Assembly (NCBI GenBank): GCA_964247055.1
Contig: OZ176051.1
Coordinates: 5,270,001 to 5,334,000 of the forward strand
Source of the DNA: Paragordius varius
Taxonomy: Eukaryota > Animalia > Nematomorpha
Length of the DNA: 64,000 nucleotides
Reading direction: 5' to 3'
Shown: positions 62,627 through 64,000 of the stretch, piece by piece
Layout of the letters: each line of letters begins with the position of its first letter
Position numbering within the stretch: position 1 is the first letter of the stretch
Notes under the pieces: model-generated
What the model was told of the DNA's origin: nothing
The model's input: only the letters and a program-made list of their open reading frames with translations
The model's database searches: none
Made by a program: the position numbers and the translations under genes

Positions 62627-64000
62627 AATTGGTACTCACCAAAAAAATTTGACGGGCCAAATAAAATATATTTTTTTTGGAGAGCCATGAACCTTATAAT
62701 GGTAAATATTTCATAGCTATTTGACACATATGCACATATTTATACTCTAAATCGGCACAATGAATTCGTAATCCCATGTAAATCCAGCTAAAACTCGTTT
62801 TGCACCATTTAGTTAAAAATAAAAAATATTTTGATAACAATTTATTTTGATATTAACCAATAAATTTGGTTTTGCCTTATGAAAAGTCAATCTTAATACC
62901 TCGACTATATGATCATCGGTTAAGCGATTCTATATGTATTCTTGGCATACTTCATTTTTAAATATGCCGTCCCACACATGTAAATTGAGGAAACAGTTAG
63001 GATAGAGCCGATTTTTTTATATTTTCATATTATTTGGCACATCTTGCCAAAACTCTACATATCTTTCTTCTCTACGATTCTAATTTAAAGCCTCTAAATT
63101 GAAATCATTTTTAAAATCTACAAATTCTTCAATGATATGCGCCTGATCAAAACCGAAATGCTCAAGTTACTTGATATTGGATATATCCATATGCCATGGA
63201 TTTTCAACGAGTTTTAAGCAATTTTTAATATTTCTTAATTCTTGAAATATAAATTTCATTTCATTAGATAAAAATGTTGAATGATTGTCTATTATTCTCC
63301 GCGATAAATTCCATATTTTCTTCATGAATCGTTTTAAGTGTTGGAAAATATAGGACTGTTTTATTTATAAAATCCTGTTTGTTATATTATAAATTTTCTT
63401 TAAAAGCAATTATTTGATTAGTAAATTGGGTTATTATTTTACCTTGACTTGCATAAAAAATAAGTTCATAAGTAATGACGCAAAGGTAGGCTAATACCCA
63501 CCATTTATCGTTATTAATTTCCTCGTCAAACTTTCTGTTATAATTTATAATTAATAGAATTTCATGTCTTAAAACAAAAAATCTATTTAATACTTTGCTA
63601 AGCTTAACCAACTCACAGCGGTGTACAAAAGAATATATTAAACTCACTTTGGATATCTTTCAGAAAGTTTTTGAATTCACGACAGTTGAATTCTCTGCCA
63701 CGGATGTGGTTAACTATATCCACAACCGTTTTAATTACTGAATTGGGTGATTCATCTTTTACACGCGAAACCAAGTTTTGCTGATTTATAAAGCAGTTAA
63801 AGGATAAAATATTTTTCAAATTATATTTGTTTTTCAAAAGAGAAATAAATTCTTTGTTTATTCGAATCATAGAAGCCATCTGTGTAGATCGAAACCAATT
63901 TTTTCATAGATATACCATTATTATCGAAAAAAGTACTAATTATTGAGAAAATCACTTCCTTTCGTGGTATTTCATTGGTAAAAATTTTCAATATTCCTCC
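62627..64000 (-). mobile_element. Second Buster/SPIN-like hAT copy, running off the right edge
   Basis: Reverse-complement paralog of ~45650-46920. ORF 63613-63879 reads VIKTVVDIVNHIRGREFN. End ggtactcaccaaaaaaatttgacgggcc. Confidence 0.88.

Overview
Very AT-rich (roughly 25% GC by eye) eukaryotic DNA with GT-AG introns, most likely from an invertebrate animal; the taxon cannot be assigned from sequence alone. Host genes: a partial intronless class A GPCR running off the left edge (missed by the ORF track); a 5-exon CTDSPL2/SCP4-type HAD phosphatase (9958-14244); an orphan ORF built from ~36-aa tandem helical repeats (22.9-24.3 kb); a 3-exon secreted, heavily N-glycosylated orphan (54330-57194); and a Cys-rich terminal exon (~60.5 kb). 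Much of the rest is decayed mobile DNA: RTE-type LINEs, hAT elements of ZMYM1-like and Buster/SPIN-like type, Harbinger, piggyBac-like, CACT-terminal elements, a Helentron-like composite, Ty3/gypsy fragments and MITEs. The highlight is 36.5-46.9 kb. A Ty3/gypsy 3' end (integrase, PPT, first bases of the LTR, (TA)n) is fused to an antisense, near full-length, decayed gene whose reconstructed protein resembles a negative-strand RNA virus (Mononegavirales-like) nucleoprotein. That sequence is present in three copies. Two form a ~700-bp-arm inverted repeat that would fold into a long hairpin if transcribed, making it a candidate RNA-level antiviral (siRNA/piRNA) locus. No rRNA, tRNA or CRISPR array was found. 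All alignments were done by eye.
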